Sequence record: OM937123.1
Length of the DNA: 39,173 nt
Direction: 5' to 3' (one strand)
From: Escherichia phage CY1
Of the stretch, positions 18,343-28,223 are shown piece after piece (the stretch's first letter is position 1; each line of letters begins with the position of its first letter). The notes under the pieces are model-generated. The model was not told where the DNA came from, searched no databases, and saw only the letters and a list, made by a program, of their open reading frames with translations. Made by a program: the position numbers and the translations under genes.

Positions 18343-18420
18343 GTGGTGCGAGATGATGTTCGAGAAGACGGGTAACACCGATTACCTCGAAATGTACAAC
18401 CTCTGGAAAGGGAGAGGACT

Positions 18421-18588
18421 ATGACTATTTACCGTGGAATCTTCGGGTCCCTGTACGCAGTGAACCAGCACGGAGTCGTCTGCGTTAAGCCTAACGGAAG
18501 CGAGTGGCATGCATCACACTACAGTCTCGAAGGTTTCCAAGACGCTATTAATAAAGGTTACTTGACGGAGGTTGTAGATGACAACTGA
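18421..18588 (+). CDS. Hypothetical protein, 55 aa (gene 1.8 position)
   Basis: SD GGGAGAGG; my translation [55 protein letters not shown]; below the ORF-track cutoff. Confidence 0.45.
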   Translation: MTIYRGIFGSLYAVNQHGVVCVKPNGSEWHASHYSLEGFQDAINKGYLTEVVDDN

Positions 18589-18742
18589 GTCAACTGAGAA
18601 GAAATACATCGTGGAGCTTGAGGGTCGCGTTCAGTCCTTCGAGGTTCCGGTGTACGCAAAGTCTCTTGAAGAGGCTACCCTGAAGTCCCAAGAGTATGAG
18701 GACGCTGGGTTTGTGGTCGGACGGATTCGTCCTGAGACCTAA
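18578..18742 (+). CDS. gp2: Host RNA polymerase inhibitor Gp2 homologue, 54 aa (below the ORF-track cutoff)
   Basis: My translation [54 protein letters not shown] matches T7 Gp2 (SFEVPIYAETLDEA...GFEVTRVRP). SD GGAGG. Confidence 0.8.
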   Translation: MTTESTEKKYIVELEGRVQSFEVPVYAKSLEEATLKSQEYEDAGFVVGRIRPET

Positions 18743-18759
18743 CTATCACTGTAGGACAG
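18737..18759 (+). promoter_or_regulatory. Phage RNAP promoter (phi2.5-like) with A-to-G change at -3, +1 near 18754
   Basis: CCTAACTATCACTGTAGGACAGA. Confidence 0.6.
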
Positions 18760-18798
18760 ACGTCCAGTTCGTAACTTTAAATTAGGAGATTTACACCA

Positions 18799-19497
18799 AT
18801 GGCTAAAGAGCAACTGAAGACTTTCACCACTCCGGTAGCTGGCATCGTTGAGCCTTACGCATGGCTGAACAAAGCAGACACCAAGTTCAACGAGCGTGGT
18901 GAACACAAAGTAAACCTGACATTCGACCTTAGCAACCCGAAGGTCCGCAAGATGATTGATGTCTTACAGAAGATTCACGACGATGCGTATGCGAAAGCAC
19001 TCGCAGACCACGAGAAGAACCCACCTCAGGTTCAGCGTGGCAAGAAGCCTATTGAACCACGAGAAGGCGACATGCCGTGGATTGAGAATGGTGATGGTAC
19101 TGTTACCCTGAAGTTTAAATGCTTCGCGTCTTACCTGAAGGATGGTAAGTCAGAGCCTATCGTATTACGGTTCTACGACACCGATGCTAAGTTAATCCGT
19201 GACGTCCCGAATATTGGCGCTGGCTCAAAGCTGAAGGTCAAGTTTAAAGTCCTACCATTCAAGTGGAACGCTGCGACTGGTGCAAGCATTAAGCTCCAGC
19301 TTGAGTCCTGCCTTCTGGTAGAACTGAAGGAGTGGAAAGGTGACGGCGCTGGTGGGGATGGTGGCTGGGGCGATGATGAAGACCTCGGCACTGGCTACAA
19401 AGCGTCAACCGATGGTGACTTCGGGTCTGATGACTTCGGTGACGATGGTTCCGAAGGTGGTGACGACTCCGGCTCTGGTGGCGATTACGATTTCTAA
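18799..19497 (+). CDS. gp2.5: Single-stranded DNA-binding protein (gp2.5 homologue), 232 aa, acidic C-terminal tail ending in F
   Basis: N-terminal MAKEQLKTFTTPVAGIVEPYAWLNKADTKF pattern and Gly/Asp-rich tail ...GGDYDF are typical of T7 gp2.5; SD TTAGGAG. Confidence 0.9.
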   Translation: MAKEQLKTFTTPVAGIVEPYAWLNKADTKFNERGEHKVNLTFDLSNPKVRKMIDVLQKIHDDAYAKALADHEKNPPQVQRGKKPIEPREGDMPWIENGDGTVTLKFKCFASYLKDGKSEPIVLRFYDTDAKLIRDVPNIGAGSKLKVKFKVLPFKWNAATGASIKLQLESCLLVELKEWKGDGAGGDGGWGDDEDLGTGYKASTDGDFGSDDFGDDGSEGGDDSGSGGDYDF

Positions 19498-19949
19498 TGG
19501 CCCAATGGTCTGCAAAACGGGGGCACTCTGTGGGTGCCTACCGCTCTGGACTTGAGGCCAAGAACCAGCAGTGGCTGGAACAGAACGGCGTCAAAGCGGA
19601 GTACGAAAGCCATTATATCAACTATGTGATTCCGGCTTCCGACCACAAGTACACACCAGACTTTATCCTTCCTAACGGTATCATCGTGGAGACCAAAGGT
19701 ATCTTCGATAGTGATGACCGTAAGAAGCACCTTCTGGTACGAGAACAGCACCCAGAGTTAGACATTCGGTTCGTGTTCTCAAGTTCCCGCTCCAAGTTAT
19801 ACAAAGGGTCTCCGACCACGTATGGAGCATGGTGCGAAAAGAACGGCTATAAGTATGCCGATAAGTTCATCCCGGTTGAGTGGCTTCGAGAGGCGACTGT
19901 ACGTCTGCCCTCAGGTATACTCATCCCCAAGAAGAAAGGAGTTAAGTGA
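19497..19949 (+). CDS. gp3: Endonuclease I (Holliday-junction resolvase, gene 3 homologue), 150 aa
   Basis: YVIPASDHKYTPDFILPNGIIVETKG, DDRKKHLLVREQHPELDIRFVFSSSRSKLYKGSPTTYG match T7 endonuclease I. Confidence 0.93.
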   Translation: MAQWSAKRGHSVGAYRSGLEAKNQQWLEQNGVKAEYESHYINYVIPASDHKYTPDFILPNGIIVETKGIFDSDDRKKHLLVREQHPELDIRFVFSSSRSKLYKGSPTTYGAWCEKNGYKYADKFIPVEWLREATVRLPSGILIPKKKGVK

Positions 19950-20173
19950 TGACTCAAGAAGTTAAGGTCGTTCGTAAGCGTCTGACCATTGATAAAATCC
20001 CGGTAGGCTATGCGTTTATCGTCCACGGTAAGCCGGGTGAAGTGTACGTGAAGATTAGCAACTCTCACGTCTTCAACCACAAGTTGCTCCAGATGCACAC
20101 CACGGATGCTAACCGCTTCCAAAGTCATCTTAACCTCGTAGCTGTAGAGCTGGTGGTGTACGATGGTGAGTAA
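19946..20173 (+). CDS. Hypothetical protein, 75 aa
   Basis: Start overlaps the gene 3 stop; + strand; no recognised homology. Confidence 0.5.
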   Translation: MMTQEVKVVRKRLTIDKIPVGYAFIVHGKPGEVYVKISNSHVFNHKLLQMHTTDANRFQSHLNLVAVELVVYDGE

Positions 20174-20621
20174 GGTTCAGTTCAACCCACGGTCCCGTAC
20201 TGAAGCTATCTTCGTTCACTGTTCGGCTACCAAGCCAGATATGGACATAGGTGTAGAGACCATACGTATGTGGCACAAGCAGCAAGGCTGGCTGGACGTA
20301 GGCTACCACTTTATCATCAAGCGCGATGGAACTGTGGAAGAGGGTCGCCCGGTCAATGTAGTAGGGTCACACGTTAAGGACTGGAACTCCAAGTCTGTAG
20401 GCGTCTGCCTTGTAGGTGGAATCGACGCCAAGGGTCAGTTTGAAGCTAACTTCACTCCAGCCCAGATGAACGCCCTGCGAAACAAGCTGGCTGACCTGAA
20501 GGCCCTGTATCCTCAGGCAGAAATCAAAGCACATCATGACGTAGCACCGAAGGCGTGTCCCAGTTTCGACTTGCAACGCTGGTTGACTACCAACGAACTG
20601 GTCACTTCCGACCGAGGCTAA
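20163..20621 (+). CDS. gp3.5: N-acetylmuramoyl-L-alanine amidase (T7 lysozyme, gp3.5 homologue), 152 aa
   Basis: AIFVHCSATKP, WLDVGYHFIIKRDGTVEEGR, VGVCLVGGID, HHDVAPKACPSFDL and NELVTSDRG are near-identical to T7 lysozyme. Confidence 0.95.
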   Translation: MVSKVQFNPRSRTEAIFVHCSATKPDMDIGVETIRMWHKQQGWLDVGYHFIIKRDGTVEEGRPVNVVGSHVKDWNSKSVGVCLVGGIDAKGQFEANFTPAQMNALRNKLADLKALYPQAEIKAHHDVAPKACPSFDLQRWLTTNELVTSDRG

Positions 20622-20644
20622 TAAACTCTAAGGAGAACAACCAA

Positions 20645-20860
20645 ATGATTAAACTTATCGAATTTCTTGGTCGTCTGGCGGTGCGTGGTTATCGTCGTGC
20701 TGCGGTACTGGAACGAAAGGTAGAAAAGAAGACTGCTGATGGTGCGGCTGATGCTGCTGCTCTGGCTGACAAGCTGACCATCGCGTCACTGGAAGCTGGC
20801 ATGAAGGCACGTCAAGCTGAAACCAAAGCTGACCAGTTGGCTCAGTTCTTCAAAGCCTAA
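20645..20860 (+). CDS. Hypothetical coiled-coil protein, 71 aa (gene 3.8 position)
   Basis: SD AAGGAGAA before ATG 20645; same frame as listed ORF 20555-20860. Confidence 0.5.
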   Translation: MIKLIEFLGRLAVRGYRRAAVLERKVEKKTADGAADAAALADKLTIASLEAGMKARQAETKADQLAQFFKA

Positions 20861-20878
20861 ACTATCACCTTAGGGATG
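20856..20878 (+). promoter_or_regulatory. Degenerate phage-promoter-like sequence upstream of gene 4 (two mismatches in the core)
   Basis: CCTAAACTATCACCTTAGGGATGG; the -4/-5 positions differ from the consensus, so activity is uncertain. Confidence 0.35.
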
Positions 20879-20925
20879 GGACAATGAGTCCTGTCCCTTT
20901 GTTCGCATTTGTGATTAAGGAGTGA

Positions 20926-22629
<1,704 letters not shown>

Positions 22630-22640
22630 GGAGGAGTACA

Positions 22641-22805
22641 TTGCTAAGAAAACTTAAAGCTCGATACCATCGGTTCATGTACAAATGGTGGAGCGATGAA
22701 GCAACCTGCCTGTCAAACATTCTAGGAGACCAGAGGTTCGACTCTAAGGCATGGAAGAAGGCTAACCGTAAGTTCATGTACCACTTCTTGCGTACAGACT
22801 TCTAG
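22641..22805 (+). CDS. Hypothetical small basic protein, 54 aa, TTG start (gene 4.x position)
   Basis: AGGAGG at 22629-22634 precedes TTG 22641; same frame as listed ORF 22608-22805. Confidence 0.4.
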   Translation: MLRKLKARYHRFMYKWWSDEATCLSNILGDQRFDSKAWKKANRKFMYHFLRTDF

Positions 22806-22853
22806 GTCTAGACTCAAGGTCATTCACATCGAGTGGCCTTTATGATTAGACTA
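22804..22853 (+). ncRNA. RNase III-type processing hairpin (R4.7-like)
   Basis: tagACTCAAGGTCAttcacatcgaGTGGCCTTTATGATTagac, the third copy of the conserved element. Confidence 0.55.
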
Positions 22854-22868
22854 AACGGAGGATTAACC

Positions 22869-25040
22869 ATGTTTGACCTTAAGAGTATCTGGGGTTCTGA
22901 CATCGAGACAAACGGTCTCCTTGATACAGTCTCCCAGTTTCACTGTGGGGTCCTGATTAACGCCGAGTCGAATGAGACCCTTAAGTATGGGGTAGCTCCG
23001 ATGGTCGGTATCGTCGGTGGCTTCAAAGAGTATGTTCATAAAGTGGAAGAGATTGCCGCATCGCCTGATGGTATGCTGGTATTCCACAACGGTATCAACT
23101 ATGACGTCCCTGCTATTGACAAGCTGAAACGTCTATACTTTGGGAAACGCTTTAACTTCCCGAAACACAAGATGATTGATACTTTGGTGCTGGGCCGCTT
23201 GATGTATCCAAACATTAAGTTCTCAGACATGGGCGCGGTGAAAGCTGGTCGTCTGCCACCTAAGATGATGGGACGTCAGTCTCTTGAGGCTTGGGGTTAT
23301 CGTCTCGGTGAGATGAAAGGTGAGTACAAACACGATTACGTTGCCAAGTGCAAGGCTGAAGGTATTGAATATAAGGCTGGGGACGAATGGTTGTTCCCGT
23401 CTCAGGAGATGCTGGACTATAACGTTCAAGACGTTGTGGTCACACTGGCGTTGTTCAAGAAGTTCCTGACTGACAAGTATTACTTCCAGTCTGAACAGTT
23501 CGCTTTCGACCAGATTTATGCGTTGCGTCTGGAACATGATGCTGCGTGGACCTGTGCGAAGATGGAACGTAACGGCTATCCGATGAACACCGAGATGGTC
23601 GAAGGCTTATATCGTGAACTCACCGTCAAACGTGCAGAGCTGCTGGACAAGCTGCGTTCGACTTTCGGTAGCTGGTATGCACCAAAGGGAGGCAAGGAGT
23701 TCTTCAGGCACCCACGGACAGGTAAGGACCTTCCGAAGTATCCGCGAGTCGTGTATCCTAAAATAGGTGGCATCTTTAAGAAGCCGAAGAACAAAGCTCA
23801 ACGCTTAGGTCTTGAACCTTGTGAGCGAGATACGCGAGACACGATGGAGGGAGCACCGTTCACACCTATAACTTACGTTGAGTTTAATCCGGGAAGCGGA
23901 GACCACTTAGCGAAAGTCTTGATGGAGCGTGGCTGGGAGCCTGTGGACTTCACTGACACCGGGAAACCTGTAGTCGATGACGAGACGTTAGAGCACGTTA
24001 AGTTACCAGACGCAGAGGCTCAGGCTTGCGTAGAGCTGGTCCGTGAGTATCTGGTAGTCCAGAAGCGCATCGGTCAGGCGGCTGAAGGTAAGAACGCATG
24101 GTTGAAACTTGTGGGTCCAGACGGACGTATGCACGGTTCAATCAACCCATGCGGGGCAGTAACCGGACGTGCGACCCATAGTTCACCAAACATGGCTCAG
24201 GTCCCGGCTAACGGTGCTCCATATGGTGAGACTTGCCGTGGTGCTTTCGGTGCAGCTTGGAACAAGACGGATGGTAAGCCAGACCCTTGGATTCAAGTTG
24301 GTGTGGATGCCTCAGGTCTTGAGCTTCGTTGTCTGGGGAACCGAGCATCTCCGTTTGATGGTGGTGCCTATGCGAAGACTGTGGTCGAAGGTGACATCCA
24401 CTGGGCCAACGCAGTAAACGCTGGGTTAGCACCTAACGTCCCACGCGATAAGTCGAACCACGACCATGATGCTTTCCGTAACAACGCTAAGACGTTCATC
24501 TATGCGTTCCTGTATGGTGCAGGGGCCGCTAAGATTGGACTGATAGTAGGCGGTGGTAAGAAGGAAGGTTCAGCTCTCATGAAGAAATTCATTGAGGGTA
24601 CACCAGCCATCAAAGACCTCAGGGAAGCTGTCAGTAATACGTTAATATCAGACTCTAAGTGGGTGGACGGTGAGAATATCGTTAAGTGGAAACGCCGTTG
24701 GTTGCGTGGACTTGATGGTCGCCGTATCCACATCCGGTCTCCGCACTCAGCACTGAACGCCTTACTTCAAGGCGATGGTGCGGTAGTCTGTAAGCACTGG
24801 ATTGTCGAGACTGAACGTATGCTCGAAGAGGCAGGGTATGTTCACGGCTGGGAAGGTGACTTTGCGTACATGGCTTGGGTGCATGATGAATTGCAGATTG
24901 CGTGTCGTACTCAGGAGATTGCCGAAGAAGTCGTCAAGATTGCTCAACTTGCTATGCGTAAGGTGGGTGAGTTCTATAACTTTAAATGTGTCCTTGATAC
25001 CGAAGGTAAGATTGGACCAACGTGGAAGGAGTGTCACTAA
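22869..25040 (+). CDS. gp5: DNA polymerase (gene 5 homologue, family A), 723 aa
   Basis: DIETNGLLD, FHNGINYDVPA, GEMKGEYK, KYPRVVYPKIGGIFKKPKNKAQR, DASGLELRCL and YMAWVHDE match T7 DNAP. Start set at ATG 22869 (SD GGAGG) instead of the listed 22833. Confidence 0.96.
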   Translation: MFDLKSIWGSDIETNGLLDTVSQFHCGVLINAESNETLKYGVAPMVGIVGGFKEYVHKVEEIAASPDGMLVFHNGINYDVPAIDKLKRLYFGKRFNFPKHKMIDTLVLGRLMYPNIKFSDMGAVKAGRLPPKMMGRQSLEAWGYRLGEMKGEYKHDYVAKCKAEGIEYKAGDEWLFPSQEMLDYNVQDVVVTLALFKKFLTDKYYFQSEQFAFDQIYALRLEHDAAWTCAKMERNGYPMNTEMVEGLYRELTVKRAELLDKLRSTFGSWYAPKGGKEFFRHPRTGKDLPKYPRVVYPKIGGIFKKPKNKAQRLGLEPCERDTRDTMEGAPFTPITYVEFNPGSGDHLAKVLMERGWEPVDFTDTGKPVVDDETLEHVKLPDAEAQACVELVREYLVVQKRIGQAAEGKNAWLKLVGPDGRMHGSINPCGAVTGRATHSSPNMAQVPANGAPYGETCRGAFGAAWNKTDGKPDPWIQVGVDASGLELRCLGNRASPFDGGAYAKTVVEGDIHWANAVNAGLAPNVPRDKSNHDHDAFRNNAKTFIYAFLYGAGAAKIGLIVGGGKKEGSALMKKFIEGTPAIKDLREAVSNTLISDSKWVDGENIVKWKRRWLRGLDGRRIHIRSPHSALNALLQGDGAVVCKHWIVETERMLEEAGYVHGWEGDFAYMAWVHDELQIACRTQEIAEEVVKIAQLAMRKVGEFYNFKCVLDTEGKIGPTWKECH

Positions 25041-25198
25041 TGGCTAAAACTTATAGCGAGCAGGAGGTCAAAGACCTGATGCGGTCAGCTTGGTGGTGTG
25101 GACACGAGGAGTCTCGTTACAGTCCAAACCTCAGTGGACAGTGCAGCCGCGACGTTCGTGAAATTCTGAAAGAACATAACGAAGAAGGAGAAAGCTAA
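25040..25198 (+). CDS. Hypothetical protein, 52 aa (gene 5.3 position)
   Basis: ATG overlaps the DNAP stop (TAATG) and its stop overlaps the next start; below the ORF-track cutoff. Confidence 0.4.
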   Translation: MAKTYSEQEVKDLMRSAWWCGHEESRYSPNLSGQCSRDVREILKEHNEEGES

Positions 25199-25482
25199 TG
25201 GCTATTACTAAACGTATTCGTGTAAGTTTCGACCTGAAGATGGTTGTCAACTCAAAGGAAGAAGAGACCATGTGTCGCCAACTGGTTGAGATGACTAAAG
25301 CCTACGCTGAGGGTGAGAAGCTGGATGGACTTCAGTTGGCTCTGGTCAAAGCAGCAATAGAGTCAGGCCATGAGTATGCCCTTGAAATTGTCGCCAAGAA
25401 GAGCATCAAGGAAGAGCTGGTAGACGTCTTTGGTGATGGTCAGTTCGGTGTGTCCAACCTGCGATTCGAGGTCAAGCAATGA
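25198..25482 (+). CDS. gp5.5: gp5.5-like protein, 94 aa
   Basis: Position, size and N-terminal similarity to T7 gp5.5 (MA.TK...VSFD). Confidence 0.65.
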   Translation: MAITKRIRVSFDLKMVVNSKEEETMCRQLVEMTKAYAEGEKLDGLQLALVKAAIESGHEYALEIVAKKSIKEELVDVFGDGQFGVSNLRFEVKQ

Positions 25483-25688
25483 GTGAATACTTACGGGTCC
25501 TAGCGGCCCTTAAGTCCTGCCCGAAGACCTTCCAGTCCAACTATGTGCGCAACAACGCTGCACTTGTGGCTGAGGCTGCGAGTCGTGGACATCTAAGCTG
25601 CCTGTCTATGGATGGGCGTAACAATGGTGCGTGGGAGATTACCGCTGCTGGCACCAAGTTCCTGAACCAACACGGAGGCTGTCTATGA
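25479..25688 (+). CDS. gp5.7: gp5.7 homologue, 69 aa
   Basis: LKSCPKTFQSNYVRNNAALVAEAASRGHLSC...GAWEITAAGTKFL is near-identical to T7 gp5.7. Confidence 0.85.
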   Translation: MSEYLRVLAALKSCPKTFQSNYVRNNAALVAEAASRGHLSCLSMDGRNNGAWEITAAGTKFLNQHGGCL

Positions 25689-25960
25689 GTCAACAACCTT
25701 TGGATTTTCTAGGCCAACCTATCGAAGTGGGCGACAAGTTCGTCTACGCTGAAGCTGGTGGTCGAGGCGGTACAATGGCGCTCCACTCTGGGGTTGTCAC
25801 ACGGATGACTGAGAAGCAGGTGCTGGTGGAGAAGACCCGCTGGGGCCAGACTTGGCGTCCGTTTAACTGCATCGTCATTGTCGAGAAGTGCGGACCAGAC
25901 GAGGAGCCTCTTCTAGGCGCAACATTAGCGATGGCTAAAGGAGGTCTGCGGGATGAGTGA
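25685..25960 (+). CDS. Hypothetical protein, 91 aa
   Basis: SD GGAGG before ATG 25685; same frame as listed ORF 25631-25960. Confidence 0.5.
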   Translation: MSQQPLDFLGQPIEVGDKFVYAEAGGRGGTMALHSGVVTRMTEKQVLVEKTRWGQTWRPFNCIVIVEKCGPDEEPLLGATLAMAKGGLRDE

Positions 25961-26819
25961 CAAGAAGATTGCTCTGGTACTTGATGGCGACTATCTGGTC
26001 TTCTCCTCTATGGCTGCTGCTGAAGATGAGACTGACTGGGGTGACGACATCTGGACCCTTATCTGCGACCACGAGAAGGCTCGTCGTATCCTTGAGAACA
26101 CAATCGCTGAAATCGTCAAGAAGCGCAAGGCGTGGAAAGACGCTAAGATTGTGATGTGCTTCACCGATGACGCCAACTGGCGCAAGGACGTCCTGCCCAC
26201 CTATAAGGCCAACCGTAAAGGTTCTCGCAAGCCTGTAGGTTACAAGAAGTTCGTAGCCGAAGTGATGGCTGACCCACGGTTCAACAGCTTCCTGCGTCCT
26301 ACGCTTGAGGGCGATGACTGTATGGGTATCATCGGGACCCGACCTCAGATTGTCGGCTGTGACCATGCTGTTCTGGTGTCCTGTGACAAGGACTTCAAGA
26401 CCATCCCGAATTGTGAGTTCTTCTGGTTAACCACTGGTGAAATCCTGAGTCATACGACCGCCGAGGCAGACTACTGGCACATGGAGCAGACCATCAAGGG
26501 TGACACTACAGATGGCTACGGTGGCATTCCTGGGATGGGTGAGGACACCACTCGTGAGTTCCTTGACGAGCCGTACTACTTCGTGCAGGAGAGCCGTGAG
26601 CTTAAGACTGGTAAGAACAAAGGCCAGATTAAGACTGAGTGGAAGAAGTATCCGAAGCGTGAAGACATGACGCTGTGGGACTGCATGGTGACTCTGGCGG
26701 AGAAAGCCGGGATGACTGAAGAAGAACTTCTGGTCCAAGCTCAGGTCGCTCGTATTTGTCGAGCCTCCGACTACGACCCTAAGTCCAAGGAGGTCATCCT
26801 GTGGACACCATCCATGTAA
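25953..26819 (+). CDS. gp6: 5'-3' exonuclease (gene 6 homologue), 288 aa
   Basis: DGDYLVF, CFTDD.NWRK, YKANRK, PVGY, LEGDD.MGII, SCDKDFKTIPNC, TIKGD.TDGY and WDC...AEKAGMTEE match T7 gp6. Confidence 0.93.
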   Translation: MSDKKIALVLDGDYLVFSSMAAAEDETDWGDDIWTLICDHEKARRILENTIAEIVKKRKAWKDAKIVMCFTDDANWRKDVLPTYKANRKGSRKPVGYKKFVAEVMADPRFNSFLRPTLEGDDCMGIIGTRPQIVGCDHAVLVSCDKDFKTIPNCEFFWLTTGEILSHTTAEADYWHMEQTIKGDTTDGYGGIPGMGEDTTREFLDEPYYFVQESRELKTGKNKGQIKTEWKKYPKREDMTLWDCMVTLAEKAGMTEEELLVQAQVARICRASDYDPKSKEVILWTPSM

Positions 26820-26945
26820 TCTACTGGGCCGGACTTCTGGCCCTTTACTGCATGTACAAGTGGTTCGGGTCGAACAACCGTCCTAAACACTGAGTCTAAC
26901 CGATAGTCATATCCTATCAATCCACTAGTCATCCATAGGTGAAAC

Positions 26946-26968
26946 ACTAAACTATCACTATAGGGACT
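26946..26968 (+). promoter_or_regulatory. Phage RNAP promoter (phi6.5-like), +1 near 26963
   Basis: CACTAAACTATCACTATAGGGACTT. Confidence 0.8.
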
Positions 26969-27029
26969 TTAGGACCTAAGATATGACTATAAGATAGACT
27001 TTAGTCTTAACTTAAAGAGGAGATTCAAG

Positions 27030-27302
27030 ATGGCAATTAATGCTATTGAAAACGTTGTTAAGCAGTTACAGGAAGAAAGACTTGATGTCCCGAACATCTC
27101 CCAGTCTGCTATCCAGTTCCTGCACGTATTGTTCAACGCAAGCTACGCTGAGAAGATGGGAGCTATCAGTCTCCTCAAGCAGCAAGGCTACAGCGATGCG
27201 TTCATTGCCGGGTTCATCAAGGGTCTCCAGTATTGTTCTGACACTCTCGACTCTGCTATTGCTATGCGTCGCGAGCTGAAAGATACCGTTCAGTTCGATT
27301 AA
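27030..27302 (+). CDS. gp6.5: gp6.5-like protein, 90 aa
   Basis: Synteny and SD AAAGAGGAG; no motif-level match recalled. Confidence 0.6.
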   Translation: MAINAIENVVKQLQEERLDVPNISQSAIQFLHVLFNASYAEKMGAISLLKQQGYSDAFIAGFIKGLQYCSDTLDSAIAMRRELKDTVQFD

Positions 27303-27316
27303 CTGTAGGAGGGACT

Positions 27317-27541
27317 ATGTGTTTCAGTCCAAAGATTAGCACTCCGAAGCCTTCGGTCCAAGCACCTGAACCAGCACCTCTGAGTGAGGAAGTTGCGTCA
27401 GTTGACATCGGGGCTGAATCGGATGTGGACACCAACGAGACCAAAGGTATTAAAGACCTGAAGGTCAAGAAGGAGTCTGCACCTAAAGATAAATCGTCAG
27501 TTAGCCGCGCTATGCGAGCCTCTGGCGTCAACATGGGGTAA
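27317..27541 (+). CDS. gp6.7: gp6.7 homologue (small virion protein), 74 aa
   Basis: MCFSPKI.TPK....APEPAPL..EV.SV matches the T7 gp6.7 N-terminus. Confidence 0.8.
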   Translation: MCFSPKISTPKPSVQAPEPAPLSEEVASVDIGAESDVDTNETKGIKDLKVKKESAPKDKSSVSRAMRASGVNMG

Positions 27542-27545
27542 GACA

Positions 27546-27968
27546 ATGCTACCATATCTCAACTCACGCGAAGGTCGCCACATGTGCGCTTGTCGCCTCT
27601 GGGAAGACGGGCAGTCTAACTTCAAGTCATTCGAGGACTTCAAGGCTCATACTTACCGTATGGCTGACGAGTTCGACGGTGAAGAATACACAATCTACGA
27701 TGTCTCAGGTCAACCAGTAGCGTATCTCTACATGCTGGCTACCGCATCTTGGCACCGACCGACTCCCGGTCTTGACCTTTCAATCGTCGCTATTCGTCGT
27801 GACTCGCAGTCCTCCCGCAAGGTTCTTGAGACTGTCAGGCACATCATAGACGAAGAGTGCAAGCGTTGGGGTATTGGCTGGTATTCTCGTGTCAAGCATG
27901 TTTCCGGGTCGGTAGACATCGTAACAACCAAGTGCGTTAGCACGAACAAGGAGATTAACCGTGGGTAA
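27546..27968 (+). CDS. Hypothetical protein at the gene 7 position, 140 aa
   Basis: Synteny between 6.7 and 7.3; no motif recognised. Confidence 0.55.
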   Translation: MLPYLNSREGRHMCACRLWEDGQSNFKSFEDFKAHTYRMADEFDGEEYTIYDVSGQPVAYLYMLATASWHRPTPGLDLSIVAIRRDSQSSRKVLETVRHIIDEECKRWGIGWYSRVKHVSGSVDIVTTKCVSTNKEINRG

Positions 27969-28212
27969 ATCAATCAGTAAGGCTTTCAAGAAAGTGGTAA
28001 AAGGTGCTTTAGGGACCGTCGGTCTTGGCTCTAATGACGCGCCTAAGGTTGTTGAGGCTCCGACCCCAGCAGCAGTACCAGTGGAAGTACCGAACGACAA
28101 AGTGGAGGATGTGGATACTGAAGCAACAGCATCTGACGAGAAGAAAGTGAAGCGTTCCGGTAAGCGGAGCCTTCAGGTCTCTCGCACCTCTGGTGGCGGT
28201 ATTTCTATTTAA
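27961..28212 (+). CDS. gp7.3: gp7.3 homologue (tail assembly/host-range protein), 83 aa, GTG start
   Basis: MGK...KK..K... at the N-terminus and C-terminal GKRSLQVSRTSGGGISI match T7 gp7.3 (...KKSLSVARSSGGGINI). Confidence 0.8.
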   Translation: MGKSISKAFKKVVKGALGTVGLGSNDAPKVVEAPTPAAVPVEVPNDKVEDVDTEATASDEKKVKRSGKRSLQVSRTSGGGISI

Positions 28213-28223
28213 GGAGGTGACGA

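Noticed and set aside
18329-18424. 31-aa ORF overlapping the end of gp1.7
   Set aside because: Very short, no convincing SD and no recognisable similarity; could be real (T7 has many tiny genes) but the evidence is insufficient.
22833-22868. Upstream start for the DNA polymerase (MAFMIRLNGGLT...)
   Set aside because: The downstream ATG at 22869 has a GGAGG SD at proper spacing and gives an N-terminus (MFDLKSIWGSDIE) aligning with T7 DNAP; the upstream start would lie inside the RNase III hairpin.
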